Shown in pieces: positions 36,008 through 48,623 of a stretch of DNA of 64,000 nt. Below the pieces are notes generated by a model. The model was not told the origin of the DNA, did no database searches, and saw nothing but the letters and a program-made list of their open reading frames with translations. Every line of letters starts with the position of its first letter. Position 1 is the stretch's first letter. Made by a program: the position numbers and the translations under genes. Origin of the DNA: Octopus vulgaris (Eukaryota); assembly GCA_951406725.2 (NCBI GenBank), contig OX597823.1, positions 71,362,001-71,426,000 of the forward strand, given 5' to 3'.

Positions 36008-38123
36008 AAGGTTGCTGAATGAGGAAAATGAATGGGATAAAGAGAGTCTGCCGAATGTTGACCCAACAGAGGGACCAGCAATTCGAGTTGACAGTTCCTT
36101 AGTAGATAAGGCAATTACAAGCATGAAAACAGGGAAAGCCCCAGGCCCATCAGGAATTACTGCAGAGATGCTCAAAGTATCTGGTAGTGCTGGCTATAGC
36201 CTAGTCACCCGTATAGTTAACCAGGTGATACACGAAGGAGTCATTCCCAATGACTGGTGTAGCAGCATAATAGTCAACTGCTACAAAGGTAAAGGTGACG
36301 CCCTAGATACAAATAACTACAGGGGTATCAAGCTGCTAGATCAGGTACTGAAGGTTACGGAGAGAGAGTTAGCTTAGATCAGATGCAGTTTGGGTTCGTG
36401 CCAGGGAAAAGTACTACTGATGCTATTTTCCTGGTAAGACAGCTGCAGGAGAAATACCTAGCCAAAGACAAGCCCCTATACCTGGCTTTTGTCGATATGG
36501 AGAAAGCCTTCGACAGGGTCCCCCGATCCCTTATCTGGTGGTCAATGAGGAAACTAGGGATAGATGAATGGTTAGTGAGAGCTGTACAAGCCATGTACAG
36601 AGACGCTGCTAGTAAGGTGAGGGTTGGCACCGAGTACAGTGAAGAATTCAGGGTAGAGGTTGGGGTCCACCAAGGTTCAGTCCTCAGCCCCCTCCTATTC
36701 ATCATAGTCCTCCAGGCAATAACGGAGGAATTCAAGACTGGATGCCCCTGGGAGCTCCTCTATGCTGATGACCTTGCTCTAATTGCTGAGTCTCTATCAG
36801 AACTGGAGGAGAAGTTTCAGGTGTGGAAGCAAGGTTTAGAATCGAAGGGCCTTAGAATCAACCTAGCCAAAACCAAAGTCCTTATAAGTAGGAAGGTAGA
36901 CCAATCACAAACGCCTTCAGGTAGATGGCCCTGCTCGATCTGTAGAAAAGGTGTAGGTAGAAACTCTATAAGATGCACCAAATGTAAGCTATGGACACAT
37001 AAGAGATGTAGTAATGTCAAAGGAAGACTAACTAGGAAAATAGTTTTTATCTGTGGCAGATGCTCAGGAGCAATAAACTCTGAAAATATGCAGAGACCAA
37101 CTTCTATCACATTTCAGGGAGAAAAACTAGAAGTAGTTGATAGCTTCCGCTACCTAGGTGACCAAGTCAGTAGCGGGGGCGGGTGTGCTGAAAGTGTAAC
37201 TGCTAGAGTAAGAATAGCCTGGGCAAAGTTTAGAGAGCTCTTAGCCTTGCTGGTGACAAAAGGCCTCTCGCTCAAAGTAAAAGGCAGACTGTATGATGCA
37301 TGTGTACGTACAGCCATGCTACATGGTAGTGAAACTTGGGCTGTGACTGCTGAGGATTTACGTAAGCTCGCAAGAAATGAAGCTAGTATGCTCCGTTGGA
37401 TGTGTAATGTCAGTGTTCATAGTCGACAGAGTGTAAGTACCTTGAGAGAAAAGTTGGACCTAAGAGGCATCGGATGTTGTGTGCAAGAGAGACGATTGCG
37501 CTGGTATGGTAATGTGGCGAGAATGGATGAAGATAGGTGTGTGAAAAAGTGCCACACCCTGGCAGTTGAGGGGACCTGTGGAAGAGGTAGACCCAGGAAA
37601 ACCTGGGTCGAGATGGTGAAGCACGACCTTCGAACTCTAGGTCTCACCAAGGAAATGACCAGAGACCGAGACCTATGGAAGTATGCTGTGCGTCAGAAGA
37701 CCCGGCAAGACCAGTGAGAACAATCAAAATCAAATCGTATATCAGAAAGCAGGGGTTAAGTGACCCACCCGTTTGTGTTCGTTGCCAGCCTCGCAATGCC
37801 CCGTGCCGGTGACACGTAAAAGCACCGTCCGTTCGTGGCCGTTTGCCAGCTCTGTCTGGCCCCGTGTCGGTGGCACGTAAAAGCACCATCCGTTCGTGTT
37901 CGTTGCCAGCCTCGGCTGGCCCCCGTGCCGGTGACACGTAAAAGCACCGTAAAAAACGGTGGCACGTAAAAAACACCCACTACACTCGCGGAGTGGTTGG
38001 CGTTAGGAAGGGCATCCAGCCGTAGAAACACTGCCAGATCTGACTGGGCCTGACGAAGCCTTCCAGCTTCACAGACCCCAGTTGACCCGTCCAACCCATG
38101 CTAGCATGGAAAGCGGACGCTAA

Positions 38124-38155
<32 letters not shown>
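36008..38155 (+). mobile_element. RTE-clade LINE, 5'-truncated young copy (RT with PHD-type insertion, 3' UTR array, (GAT)n tail)
   Basis: ORFs 35895-36377 and 36383-37717: GKAPGPSGIT, NYRGIKLL, QFGFVPGKST, FVDMEKAFDRV, GVHQGSVLSPLLF, LYADD, FRYLG. One frameshift at ~36368 from a ~25-bp deletion relative to the 4.9-kb copy. Endonuclease domain absent. Confidence 0.96.
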
Positions 38156-38381
38156 ATATACACATATGTTTATTTATTATGGTAGTTTTGACTTTAAGAG
38201 TCCCTCCTAGCATGAGGCATTTATGTATAGTAATGCCCTTAATATAAGTAAATATATTTAAGTGGAATAATTGATGGATTTTTCTCTTATGAGGTTTTTT
38301 ATGCTAACTACTTGATAAATTCTTATAAAGATTTTATCCTATTTTTCAATCATATATATATATATACATACACACACACAC

Positions 38382-38422
<41 letters not shown>

Positions 38423-38721
38423 CAACATACATATATATATACACATACATATATATATACACACACATCATCCCTCTGGTGTGCTCAGAAAACACGTACA
38501 CTATTTTCTGCCATCTCTAACCAAATTCTTTTGGTTTATTTTTTTCCATCTTCAGTTTGGTCTTGTTGGTTAAGATTACTGGCTTTCACCCACACAGCTT
38601 GGATTTGATTCCCAGTACTTTTAGTAGGGGCAGGTGTGTCTGTGTGGTTAAGAAGTTAACTTCCCAACTCCATAGTTTCACATTCAACCCTAAGCCTTGT
38701 GAGTGAATTGAGTACATAGAA

Positions 38722-39090
38722 ATGTGTACATGTGTCTGTCTGTCTGTGTGTCTGTATATCTGTGTGTGTCTGTCTGTGTGCCTGTCTGTCTCTCTGTGTC
38801 TGTGTGTGTGTCTGTGTGTCTGTCTGTGTGTCTGTCAGTGTCTGTGTGTGTGTGTGTGTGTGTCTGTGTGTCTGTCTGTGTGTCTGTCTGCCTGTCAGTG
38901 TCTGTGTCCGTCTGTCAGCGTCTGTGTCTGTGTCTGTCTGTCAGTGTCTGTCTCTGTCTGTCAGCGTCTGTGTGTGTTTCTGTGTGTCCGTCTGCGTCTG
39001 TCTGTGTCTGTGTCTGTGTCTGTCTGTCTGTGTCTGTGTGTGTTTCTGTGTGTCTGTCTGTTTGAGTGTCTGTGTGTCTGTCTGTGTGCT
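38722..39090. repeat. Degenerate (TG)/(TGTC)n low-complexity tract
   Basis: Seen directly. Confidence 0.9.
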
Positions 39091-40283
39091 TGTTTATATA
39101 TAAATAATATATTCATCTAATCCATGAGTGCATGAAAAAATGGACATAATAACAAATGAACAAAAGTTTCAACTTGTATGTACTTTAAAGTTATCCACTG
39201 AAATAAATTACATCACAATGAAATAAATATTTTCTTGCTCTCTAAAGATTTTGAGTAAACATTAATATTTTAATACTTGCTAATCTGATAATCCATTGTA
39301 TGCAATCAGTACTCAGTTTGCTGATGGCAGAATGACACTGTCTTCTGATAACTGGTTGTATTTGAACTTGGCATCACGAAACTCATTCCTTGATATTTCA
39401 ATACAACAATCTTATTATTATTACTAGTATTGTTGTTAAACATACATACATACAAGCATATGTAATGATAATAATAAGTGGATGTAAACACATGAACAAA
39501 ATAAGAATAAACAAAAACAACAACAACAAAAACAAAATACAAATTACATGAACGTATATAAACAGAAGATACAAATATTACAGGCATCCCCCCACATACA
39601 CACACTAAATAAACATAGACGCACATAGAGATATAAGCATGCGCAAATGAAGACATACAATAGAAATACAAAATGGCTGACGGTTAGTAAGGAGAGACAC
39701 AAATAAGAAAGAAGAAAACAAAGGACCACTGATGCGGTCACAGGAGTGTGACGAAAGAACTCTGGCCGAAATAAGATTAAGATTAATGCAAAAAACAAAT
39801 AACACTGAAGCAAAATAACACCAAATATATAGTGCGTGTGTTTTCATTGGCTAAACTGGCAATATGACCATTCCGAAATATAACAAAATCTTAAAGTTAA
39901 TTTTAAAGTATTTTTGGAATTCTTGATAGTATTCTTCTTAACTACGATAATTGAGACTTTTAATTAAAAAGAATATGACAGAAAATCATGAATAATTAAA
40001 CTGAGAATAAATAAAGAATAAATTTAGAAAGTTTAACCAAGGTGCAGCAATAGCTGTGTATGCTGTGTGGTTTGGAAGCTTGCTTTGTAACCATATGGCT
40101 TTGGGTTCAGTCCCTCTATGTGACATCTTGAGCAAATGACTTCTACAATTATATATATAATAGTGTATAATAATAGTGTATTTATGTCACAAGGAAAATT
40201 ATAAACTTAAAATCGGACTTACATATGTGCACCTGTGGATCTTAATGTAGTATAAACAGAATGCTGGTACTTCATATTTCGTG

Positions 40284-40831
40284 AATTGAACCAGCCAGGA
40301 TCCCTGGTCTGGTGGTACGTAAAAAGCACTATCGGACTCGTGGCCGATGCCAGCGCCGCTTCCACTGGCTTCCGTGCCGGTGGCACGTAAAATACTCCAG
40401 TCCGACCCTACGACAGGCACCCATGCCAACCCCCTTTGCTTGTGAAGACATGTTGGGGCAAGCGAAATCGAAATCGAAATCAAATTGAACCAGCCAGGAT
40501 CCCTGGTCTGGTGGTACGTAAAAAGCACTATCCGACTCGTGGCCAATGCCAGCACCGCCTCGACTGGCTTCCGTGCCGGTGGCACATAAAATACACCAAT
40601 CCGACCGTGGCCATTGCCAGCCTCGCCTGGCACCTGTGCAGGTGGCACGTAAAAATCACCCACTACACTCACGGAGTGGTTGGCGTTAGGAAGGGCATCC
40701 AGCTGTAGAAACATTGCCAGATTAGACTGGAGCCTGGTGCAGCCTTCTGGCTTCCCAGAACCCCGGTCGAACCGTCCAACCCATGCTAGCATGGAGAACG
40801 GACGTTAAACGATGATGATGATGATGATGAT
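40284..40831 (+). mobile_element. RTE 3' tail with internal duplication (40284-40400 repeated at 40484-40600)
   Basis: aattgaaccagccaggatccctggtctggtggtacgtaaaaagcactatc occurs twice; ends in the shared RTE tail and (GAT)n. Confidence 0.85.
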
Positions 40832-40944
40832 ATGCGGATATCTAACACTTTGCATGGTATTGTAATACTATTGTGACTATATTGCTAATAATGGAATTTA
40901 TGTATTGTTTCTCTAGTATTAGTGTTATTAATAATAATATGAAT

Positions 40945-41044
40945 NNNNNNNNNNNNNNNNNNNNNNNNNNNNNNNNNNNNNNNNNNNNNNNNNNNNNNNN
41001 NNNNNNNNNNNNNNNNNNNNNNNNNNNNNNNNNNNNNNNNNNNN
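40945..41044. other. Assembly gap (100 N, probably a placeholder of unknown size)
   Basis: Run of N in the sequence. Confidence 0.98.
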
Positions 41045-41549
41045 GTAGTTTTTTTAGTTATTGTGGGTAGAGAGCACTCAGACCAGCTGGTATCTCTCTT
41101 CCACGTTTCAGCAGTCTTGACAAATCTCCAGATTTGTCCATCTTCCCGAAGACTGAAGCTTTCCTGTAGAGCTGAGTTCCTATTCAGGGAAGCCACTACA
41201 CGTGTATATATATATATATACACACATATACATATTTGCATTCATATATTCAGTGTGTTTATATGCTTGAGTACAAATATCTGTAAATGTATTTGCTGGA
41301 AAATTCAGGAAATTGTTGTTTTAATGTAGGAAAGGGAAAAGTTCCAAAGTATACAAAATTCTATGAATCAAAAGAATTTTCTGATTTACTACACTGCATT
41401 TACAAAAAAAATTACACATATGCTCACTTACACCCACCCACACACACATCTATATCTATCTATGATATGTGAAAGTGCATACGCATTTATATGTACATGT
41501 GTGTGTGTGTGTCTGAGTATATTCTTTTGTATTTATATATCTATTTCAG

Positions 41550-41651
41550 AGTGGCCGTATTACCGATGTTGCTAATGAAGCGAGAGATAATGTGAAATAT
41601 CTTCATATTTTGGATAAATTTCTTGATCCGATAATCTCTGCAACTAATCCC
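41550..41651 (+). CDS. DNAH5: Dynein heavy chain exon, DHC_N1 region (SGRITDVANEARDNVKYLHILDKFLDPIISATNP)
   Basis: tttcag acceptor, CCC|gtaagt donor, 102 bp; carries the conserved RITD-x-x-NEA-x-DNVKYL motif of dynein heavy chain tails. Confidence 0.92.
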
Positions 41652-41894
41652 GTAAGTTGTTTTGAAGTGTATTTACAGAAATGTATTTACTTTCTTGCTC
41701 CGTTAGACTAATTTTAATTAGAAATCTGAATTTCCAGTATTCAATTATGGTTTCATTGCAAGCATATGACAGACTTCTTCATTATTTATTTATTCAATTA
41801 TGTCATGAAATTTTTGTTATATAAACTTCTTATACTGTTTAATTGAACATTTCAACACACCACATACAGGCAAATGTTGTGTCTCTATAAACAT

Positions 41895-41935
<41 letters not shown>

Positions 41936-42509
41936 TTAATTTTCATGCGGTATTTGAAAAAGAGAGGAAAAAGTAATAACAAAGAATGTAGAGTATTACA
42001 AACATAATGTAACGGATATGAGAAAGGATTAATTTAAAAACTGATGAGAGTAAATTAGAAGGAAACGGAGGAGGGGAAAAAGGTTGTAAAAATAAATAGG
42101 TATTGTGGAATAAGCCAAAATGAAAGCAAAAATCTAGAAAAGGGAAAATAAGATGCAAAAAAAAAAGAAAAGAAACTGCGAGCTTAAGAGAGGAAAAAGC
42201 TGAAAGAGAAAAAGATAATAAAGCCGTATGTTGAAAATAGTATTGAAAATGTGGAGAGATAATTTTTAATAAGAGTAGATGAGTGGTCACAAACTTGATA
42301 GACAGGGTGTATACTTATACATTTTGAAACACAATTAGTAAATAATAATACAGTGAGTTACGGGTTTCCAATATTTCTGACAATGAGCGTAACAAAGGAG
42401 TGTTAGAAACTTGATGCTAACAAATATCTCAAGTAAAGTGTGCTTCTTTGTAAAGTATGTTACTTTCTTTTTGACTTGTTTCTTACAGCCAACTTTTATA
42501 CTCTTCATC

Positions 42510-42720
42510 ATTCAACATCATCGTCATTAACATTTAACATCCATTTTCCATGGTGGCATGGGTTAGATGGCTTGACAGGTACTGGCAAGGCCAGGCCAGG
42601 TATCCCACCAGATTCCATTGTCTGTTTTGATTTGGTTTTTGCAGCTGGATGCCCTTCCTAATGCTAGCCATTCCACAGAATGTACTGGATGCTTTTTATG
42701 TGGCACCATCACCAGTGTTT
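42510..42720 (-). mobile_element. Diverged RTE 3' tail
   Basis: ttttccatggtggcatggg...gctggatgcccttcctaatgc. Confidence 0.65.
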
Positions 42721-43605
42721 TTTACATAGTAGCAGTACCAGCATACAAGCCAATGCTTTTTATCTAGGACGAACACCCAAACCAATGCTTTTGATATGGC
42801 ATTTTGTTTCAATAATGTGTACTTGAGTACAGACATACTTAATGCAGTGAACAAATTTCCATTTGTAAAAAATTCCTGAAAGTTCCTGTGGTGATGAGGA
42901 GTGGAAAATATGATTTCAGATTACCTCAATTAATTATGTCTCCTACAATGATACAGACACAACCACCTGATGTCCAACTATTATTAAGCAACACTAATAA
43001 TAAATAAAAAAACATAAAAATGAACAAACTTTTGACAGCTTTATAGATACTTCCAAATCATGATGCTGTGATGCTAGGTGTTTCCATTATTTTGTCCAAC
43101 CCCTGTATATTATGATCTTTGTACCTAAAGGCATACCCTAGTAATTGCCAATATTTATCTCTTTCTTCCTTACTCTACAATCCCAAATTTGTCTTATCCT
43201 TGTTACTTGTGAGTATACTCTGGCACTTCACCACCATGTCTCCCCTGCTCTCTCTTGCACTCTTGCTGTTTCCCACACTTTCCCTTGCTCTTCTCACTGA
43301 CTGGGTAGCCAGGCATCTCCTCAACAACAGCACACCTGTTTCTGTCCTCATGATAAAGAGAAATAATAATAATGATAATTCTTTCTGCAATAAGCTCAAG
43401 GCCTGAAGTTTTAGTGGAGAGAGCTAATCAATTGCATCCACTCCACTGCTCAGCTGTTACTCATTTTATCACCCCCCCCAAAAAAAAAAAAGAATGAAAG
43501 GCAAAGTTAACCTTGGCAGAATTTGAACTCAGAATGTACAGCCAGAAGAAATGTCACAAAGCATTTTGTCTGTCTTGTTAACAACTCTGCCAGCTCTCTT
43601 ACAAT

Positions 43606-43620
43606 CATTATTATTATTAT

Positions 43621-43690
<70 letters not shown>

Positions 43691-43898
43691 GGGTGCTACA
43701 AAACTGCTTTGAGGTATTTATTCTACCTCTTTGTTTTGATTTCAAATCCTGCTGGCATTAAGTTTGCTTTACATTCCCCCAAGGTCAATCAAGTACTGGT
43801 GGCAGGGGATCATAGTATTGACTAACTCTCTCCTCTCAAAATCGCTAACTTTATTTCAAAATTTGAAATCATCATGATTATCATATTATTATTATTAC

Positions 43899-43931
<33 letters not shown>

Positions 43932-44078
43932 AACAGCAAACTGGCAGAGACATTAAAGGTTGACTTTGCCTTTAATCCTTTCAGGGTTGATGAAATAAGT
44001 ATAAGTCGAATGCTGGGGTTAATGTACTATACTAGCTCTCTCCCCTAAATTTCAGGCCTTGTGCCTATTGTAGAAAGG

Positions 44079-44125
<47 letters not shown>
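43606..44125. repeat. (TAC)n and (TAT)n trinucleotide tracts interspersed with SINE family B fragments
   Basis: Seen directly; family B core at ~43960-44080. Confidence 0.8.
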
Positions 44126-44503
44126 AATTTTATCATCATCACTATCATCATCATGAACAACAACAATAACAATATTAAAGGAAGCTGATGGTTAAAATGG
44201 TAAAGTTTCAAACAGAATGTCTAATGGTACATTCAGTTATACCCCGATAAGTTTGGTGTTCAAATCATACCCAGTTCAACTTTGCCTTTTGTCCTTCAAC
44301 AAACCAAGTACTGGAAATAATTTAATTGATTTTACTTCTTTCTACAAATTTAAGGTCTTTTGCCCAATTTAGACATCATTATATTGGGTTAATACTAACT
44401 GAACACTTTTTTCCCAAAATGTGTAGCCCTGTAGTACCTCTATTAGACATTACTATTACCGTCACTTCTAATGCTATAATAGCTACAGCTATCCAGTTTC
44501 ACA

Positions 44504-44892
44504 TCTATATATATAAAGCTGAAGTTGTCTGTGTATGGCAGGTTTGGTAGCCTTCAACTAACACTATCTACTCAGTGACCCTGTGGCACAAGTTGACCAA
44601 AATTGAGAGTATGATAGAAGAAGGCTTGCTCTTCCATCCATAGAAGGAAAAATTCAAATCAGACCATGTTAACACCAAAAATTATTTACATCAAAAAGGT
44701 GCTTTTTTTCTATGAAAATCCCTACTTTTTACGATTTTTTGACTGCTGTGTCGCCATTTTTCGGTGTATTTCAACCAGAAAAATGTTCACTTAAAGAGAA
44801 TAACAAGCTACATAATGCAAAATTTTACTTTTCAAAAATTCCAATTCTAAAGGGTCGAAACAAACCCGAGCAACGCCAGACGATACTGCTAG
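44504..44892 (+). mobile_element. Non-autonomous Helitron-like element, copy 3
   Basis: a|TCtatatatataaagc ... cccgagcaacgccaga ... CTAG|t. Confidence 0.82.
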
Positions 44893-45195
44893 TTATCTAT
44901 ATAAACTGATATATATTCTTGTGATTGCCTAAGGGTATATATAGTGTTTTGCGACAGATTTCTCATTTCATTGGCCACTTTGTTCAATTATTTGTTATCA
45001 TAGTTACATAAGTTGGGCTGGGTGATTTATTTGACACATTTATGACTAATGCACTGAATTGTAAACCTGTGGATGTGAGTTAGATTATTTTTGCCTATTG
45101 AAGTTAGATGTGATAAAAAAATACCTGTGTGTCATCAGGTGTGCCATCTAGCTTGTCTGCTATTCTTTTTTCTAATAATATTTCTTTCATTCCAG

Positions 45196-45377
45196 AATAG
45201 AATTGCCGACCACATATCCAGTCTTATGAATGCAATACAGATGATTTACTGTAATTCCCAATATTTCAATACCTCTGAAAGGATGACATCATTGTTTGTT
45301 AAAATAACTAACCAGTTGATATCGACATGCAAGGCTTACCTGTTGGAGGATGAATACAAAATATGGGATCGGCAAAA
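45196..45377 (+). CDS. DNAH5: Dynein heavy chain exon (NRIADHISSLMNAIQMIYCNSQYFNTSERMTSLFVKITNQLISTCKAYL...IWDRQ)
   Basis: ttccag acceptor, AA|gtatgt donor, 182 bp ending phase 2; YxNTSERMTSLFVKITNQ is a hallmark of DNAH5/DNAH8. Confidence 0.95.
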
Positions 45378-45394
45378 GTATGTGCTTTCTCATT

Positions 45395-45430
<36 letters not shown>

Positions 45431-45481
45431 TCATCACTATCATCAATGTTGTTACTTGTGCAACTATATCCACAACAGCTG

Positions 45482-45514
<33 letters not shown>

Positions 45515-45592
45515 TCAATGTTGTTACTCCTACAACTATATCCACTGCTGCTGCTGCTGCTACTACTACTACTACTTACTACTACTACTACT

Positions 45593-45631
<39 letters not shown>

Positions 45632-45640
45632 CACTACTAC
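45395..45640. repeat. Compound (ACT)n/(GCT)n microsatellite just after the exon donor
   Basis: Seen directly. Confidence 0.92.
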
Positions 45641-46699
45641 AATTTGAATTTATTTGAATACAGTATTACATAGGAAATCCAAACATAAAAGTAGCATAGG
45701 CAATATACATATGTATTCACATATGTATGTACATGCATATATGTGTACTTATATATATACGTCTGTTTAGTTGTGTGATGTTTTCATAAGTATGAAAACA
45801 ACAGACATTCGTATATTAGGCAAGAAAATGTGTATATTCTTTATACAGTATTATAAACTTTGTCTCATAACAGTCAATTCATGATTTCAAACAAGTTTCT
45901 TGTTGAAGAACCATCCAACGGTAGAAATGTAAATTAACAATCATTGGACATAACTGAATGGAACAGTGTAGCTTGGACCTCAGTAATGTTATGAAAAGCT
46001 AGAATGGAACTCATGGATGAAACAAAACAAAGCTGACTCTTAAGTTCATCAGATTCATCCTGTCTAGTCACTGTCCTCCAATGTCAGCATTCAAGTGGCA
46101 GCTATTCACCCCACTTTTTTAGTGTGCATGAGGCATTACCTCTGCACGAGCAAGTTGCTTATGTGTTTGGCTTATTTACTAAAACTTGCATTCTATTTGG
46201 TGCACAGATGAAGGAGACCCTCAAAGTGTGCTTATTGAAAATTCTCTGCACTTATATGTCTGCAGGAAAATTCTTATCTACTTATTGAAAGAAGACTCTA
46301 CACTACAATGTCATTCTAAAAATAAATATTCACATCATTGAAAGCTCAAAGTTACAAGACAATGCATGAGTAATTCAAAATAATGTGGATCTATAAACAT
46401 CAAATTTGATAGATTAGTTGGAATGCTAAAGGGCTAATGACCATCATATTTTGACTCACCTCTCCTCTTCCTCATCCTTTGCTGATAAATTGGAGGAAGC
46501 TGATGAAGGCTGATTGTTACATATGTTTTTTATCACTTGTGTCAATGTTGGTTTGGAGAGGAAGACACCTTTGTAAAGAGTTTTCTTTTGAGGGTAGTGA
46601 CAGTAAGCCCCTTCAGTAAGCTGGCAATGGTTTAAGTTTCTTCTGCTGTGACTGCTACTGCCCTAAATGCTGCTCTTACTGTCACTTTTAGTGTTGATG

Positions 46700-46900
46700 C
46701 TGTTGTCATTAGTGTAGATGTCATGTTGGCAGCAAACAGGTTTTTAGTTTCTTTGTCTGAGGGTAAAAATCTTCCTGATGGTTGGTACTGCCACATTAGT
46801 AACAGCAAGCCTTTCTGCCTTCTACCACAACTCGCATGGGCTTCCTGTTCCTCATGTAGATGAGGTTAGGAATCTTATGAAATTTTTCAGGTATGAGCAG
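46700..46900 (-). mobile_element. Possible degraded LINE ORF1 (zinc-knuckle) remnant
   Basis: - strand reads RKPMRVVVEGRKACCY*CGSTNHQ, like the VxxEGRxxxCxxCxxxxH knuckle of L1/Tx1-type ORF1. Confidence 0.4.
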
Positions 46901-46990
46901 CATCCCCACCTCTATTTCAATCACTGATCATTACTCCTGGGAGGGAGTCATTCTCATAATCTTAGTATTTGTATTAATAATTATTCATTT

Positions 46991-47310
46991 GTGGAGGCGC
47001 AATGGCCCATTGGTTAGGGCAGCAGACTCATGGTCGGAGGATCGCAGTTTCGATTCCTAAACCGAGTGTTGTGTGTGTTTATTGAGCAAAAACACCTAAA
47101 GCTCTACAAGGCTCTGGCAGGGGGTGGTGGCCACCCCTGTTGTACTATTTCGCTCTAACTTTCTCTCACTCTTTCTTTCTGTTTCTTGAGTAACACTGCG
47201 ATGAACTGGCGTCCCGTCCAGCTGGGGGGAACACATATGCCATAGAAACCAGAAAACCGGGCCCATGAGCCTGGCTAGGCTTGAAAAGGGTGCATAAATG
47301 AATAAAAAAA
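46991..47310 (+). mobile_element. tRNA-derived SINE (family C subgroup)
   Basis: tggaggcgcaatggcccattggttagggc...gtttcgattcct; near-identical to 58735-59045. Confidence 0.8.
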
Positions 47311-48503
47311 TAAGTATTCATTAAAGGAACACATATTTGTGGTTATTTTCTTAACTCCCTCATCATTGGAGCATAGGACTACCACTGTGTTATGCTGCTT
47401 TTCTCATCTTATATGCCATATTAAACTACAGAGAGCCTTCAAACATTTCTTCACATGTGTTGGGGTCAAATTGTTCACTGTCTTTTATCTATGCATCTGT
47501 AGATGAGGCTCTTTCTAATCTTTTCTCTATCTCTTGGCAGGATGCCATGAAAGCTTGGTTTTACCACTGTCTATTTTCTTTAGAGAACTCACGGTCAATG
47601 ATAATGTTCTGTCCACCATTGTTGTATAACATTGTTGAATAACATTTGTAAAAGAGTTCACTTTTATGATGTTTGTAGTAGAAGTGTTGTTGCTGCAAAT
47701 CATATTTAAAGTGCCGTTGTTGTTGTTGTTGTTGCTGTTGTAGTTTAACTTATATTGTTATTATTGTCATTACCACTGCCATTATTGTTATTCTTGCTGA
47801 TGGCTATGTTATTTTAAATATAAACTTAATCTTAGCATGTTTCTTTATCTTTGACAGTATTTTCTAAGTAAGAAATGCTTTCTTTCTTATTTGCTATTTT
47901 CTCATTCTTCTCTTTCACTCCATCTGTTTCATTCTTTTCTCCCCTCTATCTTCTATGCAACTCTCCATCAAACATTATTATTGCAAATCTGGGTACATTT
48001 ATATTTAACTTGTTCATGTATATTCACACATGCAAAGACCTTTGCTGCAATAGCTATCTCAGAAGAGAAATACTTCTTATAGATAATGTGTGTGAAAACA
48101 CACCAAGCTAAACTATTAATGGTATCATCAGATTATGAAACACATTTTCATATAGTTATACTTCATTAGTTAAAATCATTGAGACTGTCATGCATAGCCC
48201 ACTGGGAACTGCTAGTCTTGTATGTGAATAACAGAAACTAAATTTACTGGCATGTGCAAAGCTTTGTCAAGCTGAAATTAGTAAATTGAAAACACTAAGC
48301 AGCAATGACTAAATATAGCTATCTATTAGGAGGATTTCTTTTCTGAGACAATTACAACAGCAAAGGTCTTTCCAAATTTATGTTTATATAAATATGTTAA
48401 ATGTAAAGCACACAAAAATAAGATCACTGAAAAATGGTAACGTTAATACCGTGGTGTGTTATAAAACTAAATTTTTCACTTTTTTTTTTATTCTCAATTG
48501 CAG

Positions 48504-48623
48504 AGATGTGGTAATACCAATGCTGCAAGATTGCATGAAACTGAATGAAAAGTACCATGAAGAATTCTGTAAAACAAAAGAATATCTCAAATATCAACCT
48601 TCTAAAAGACAATTTGAATTCAG
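48504..48623 (+). CDS. DNAH5: Dynein heavy chain exon (DVVIPMLQDCMKLNEKYHEEFCKTKEYLKYQPSKRQFEF)
   Basis: ttgcag acceptor, AG|gtaatt donor, 120 bp phase 2-2, in frame with neighbours; resembles recalled KLKQEYQLCFHKTKQKL...KQFDFS. Confidence 0.93.

Noticed and set aside
38722-39120. Cys/Val-rich ORFs resembling metallothionein or keratin-associated proteins
   Set aside because: Artefact of the (TG)/(TGTC)n tract, open in all three frames.
39306-39847. Hydrophobic - strand ORFs as a nested membrane-protein gene
   Set aside because: Hydrophobicity comes from T/G-rich low-complexity sequence; several frames are open and there are no good splice signals.
45378-45673. Poly-T/L/Y ORFs extending the 45196 exon
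   Set aside because: (ACT)n microsatellite read-through after the GT donor.
46991-47065. tRNA-like heads (also at 7506, 58735, 60280)
   Set aside because: A/B boxes continue into SINE bodies and there is no complete cloverleaf; treated as SINEs, not tRNA genes.
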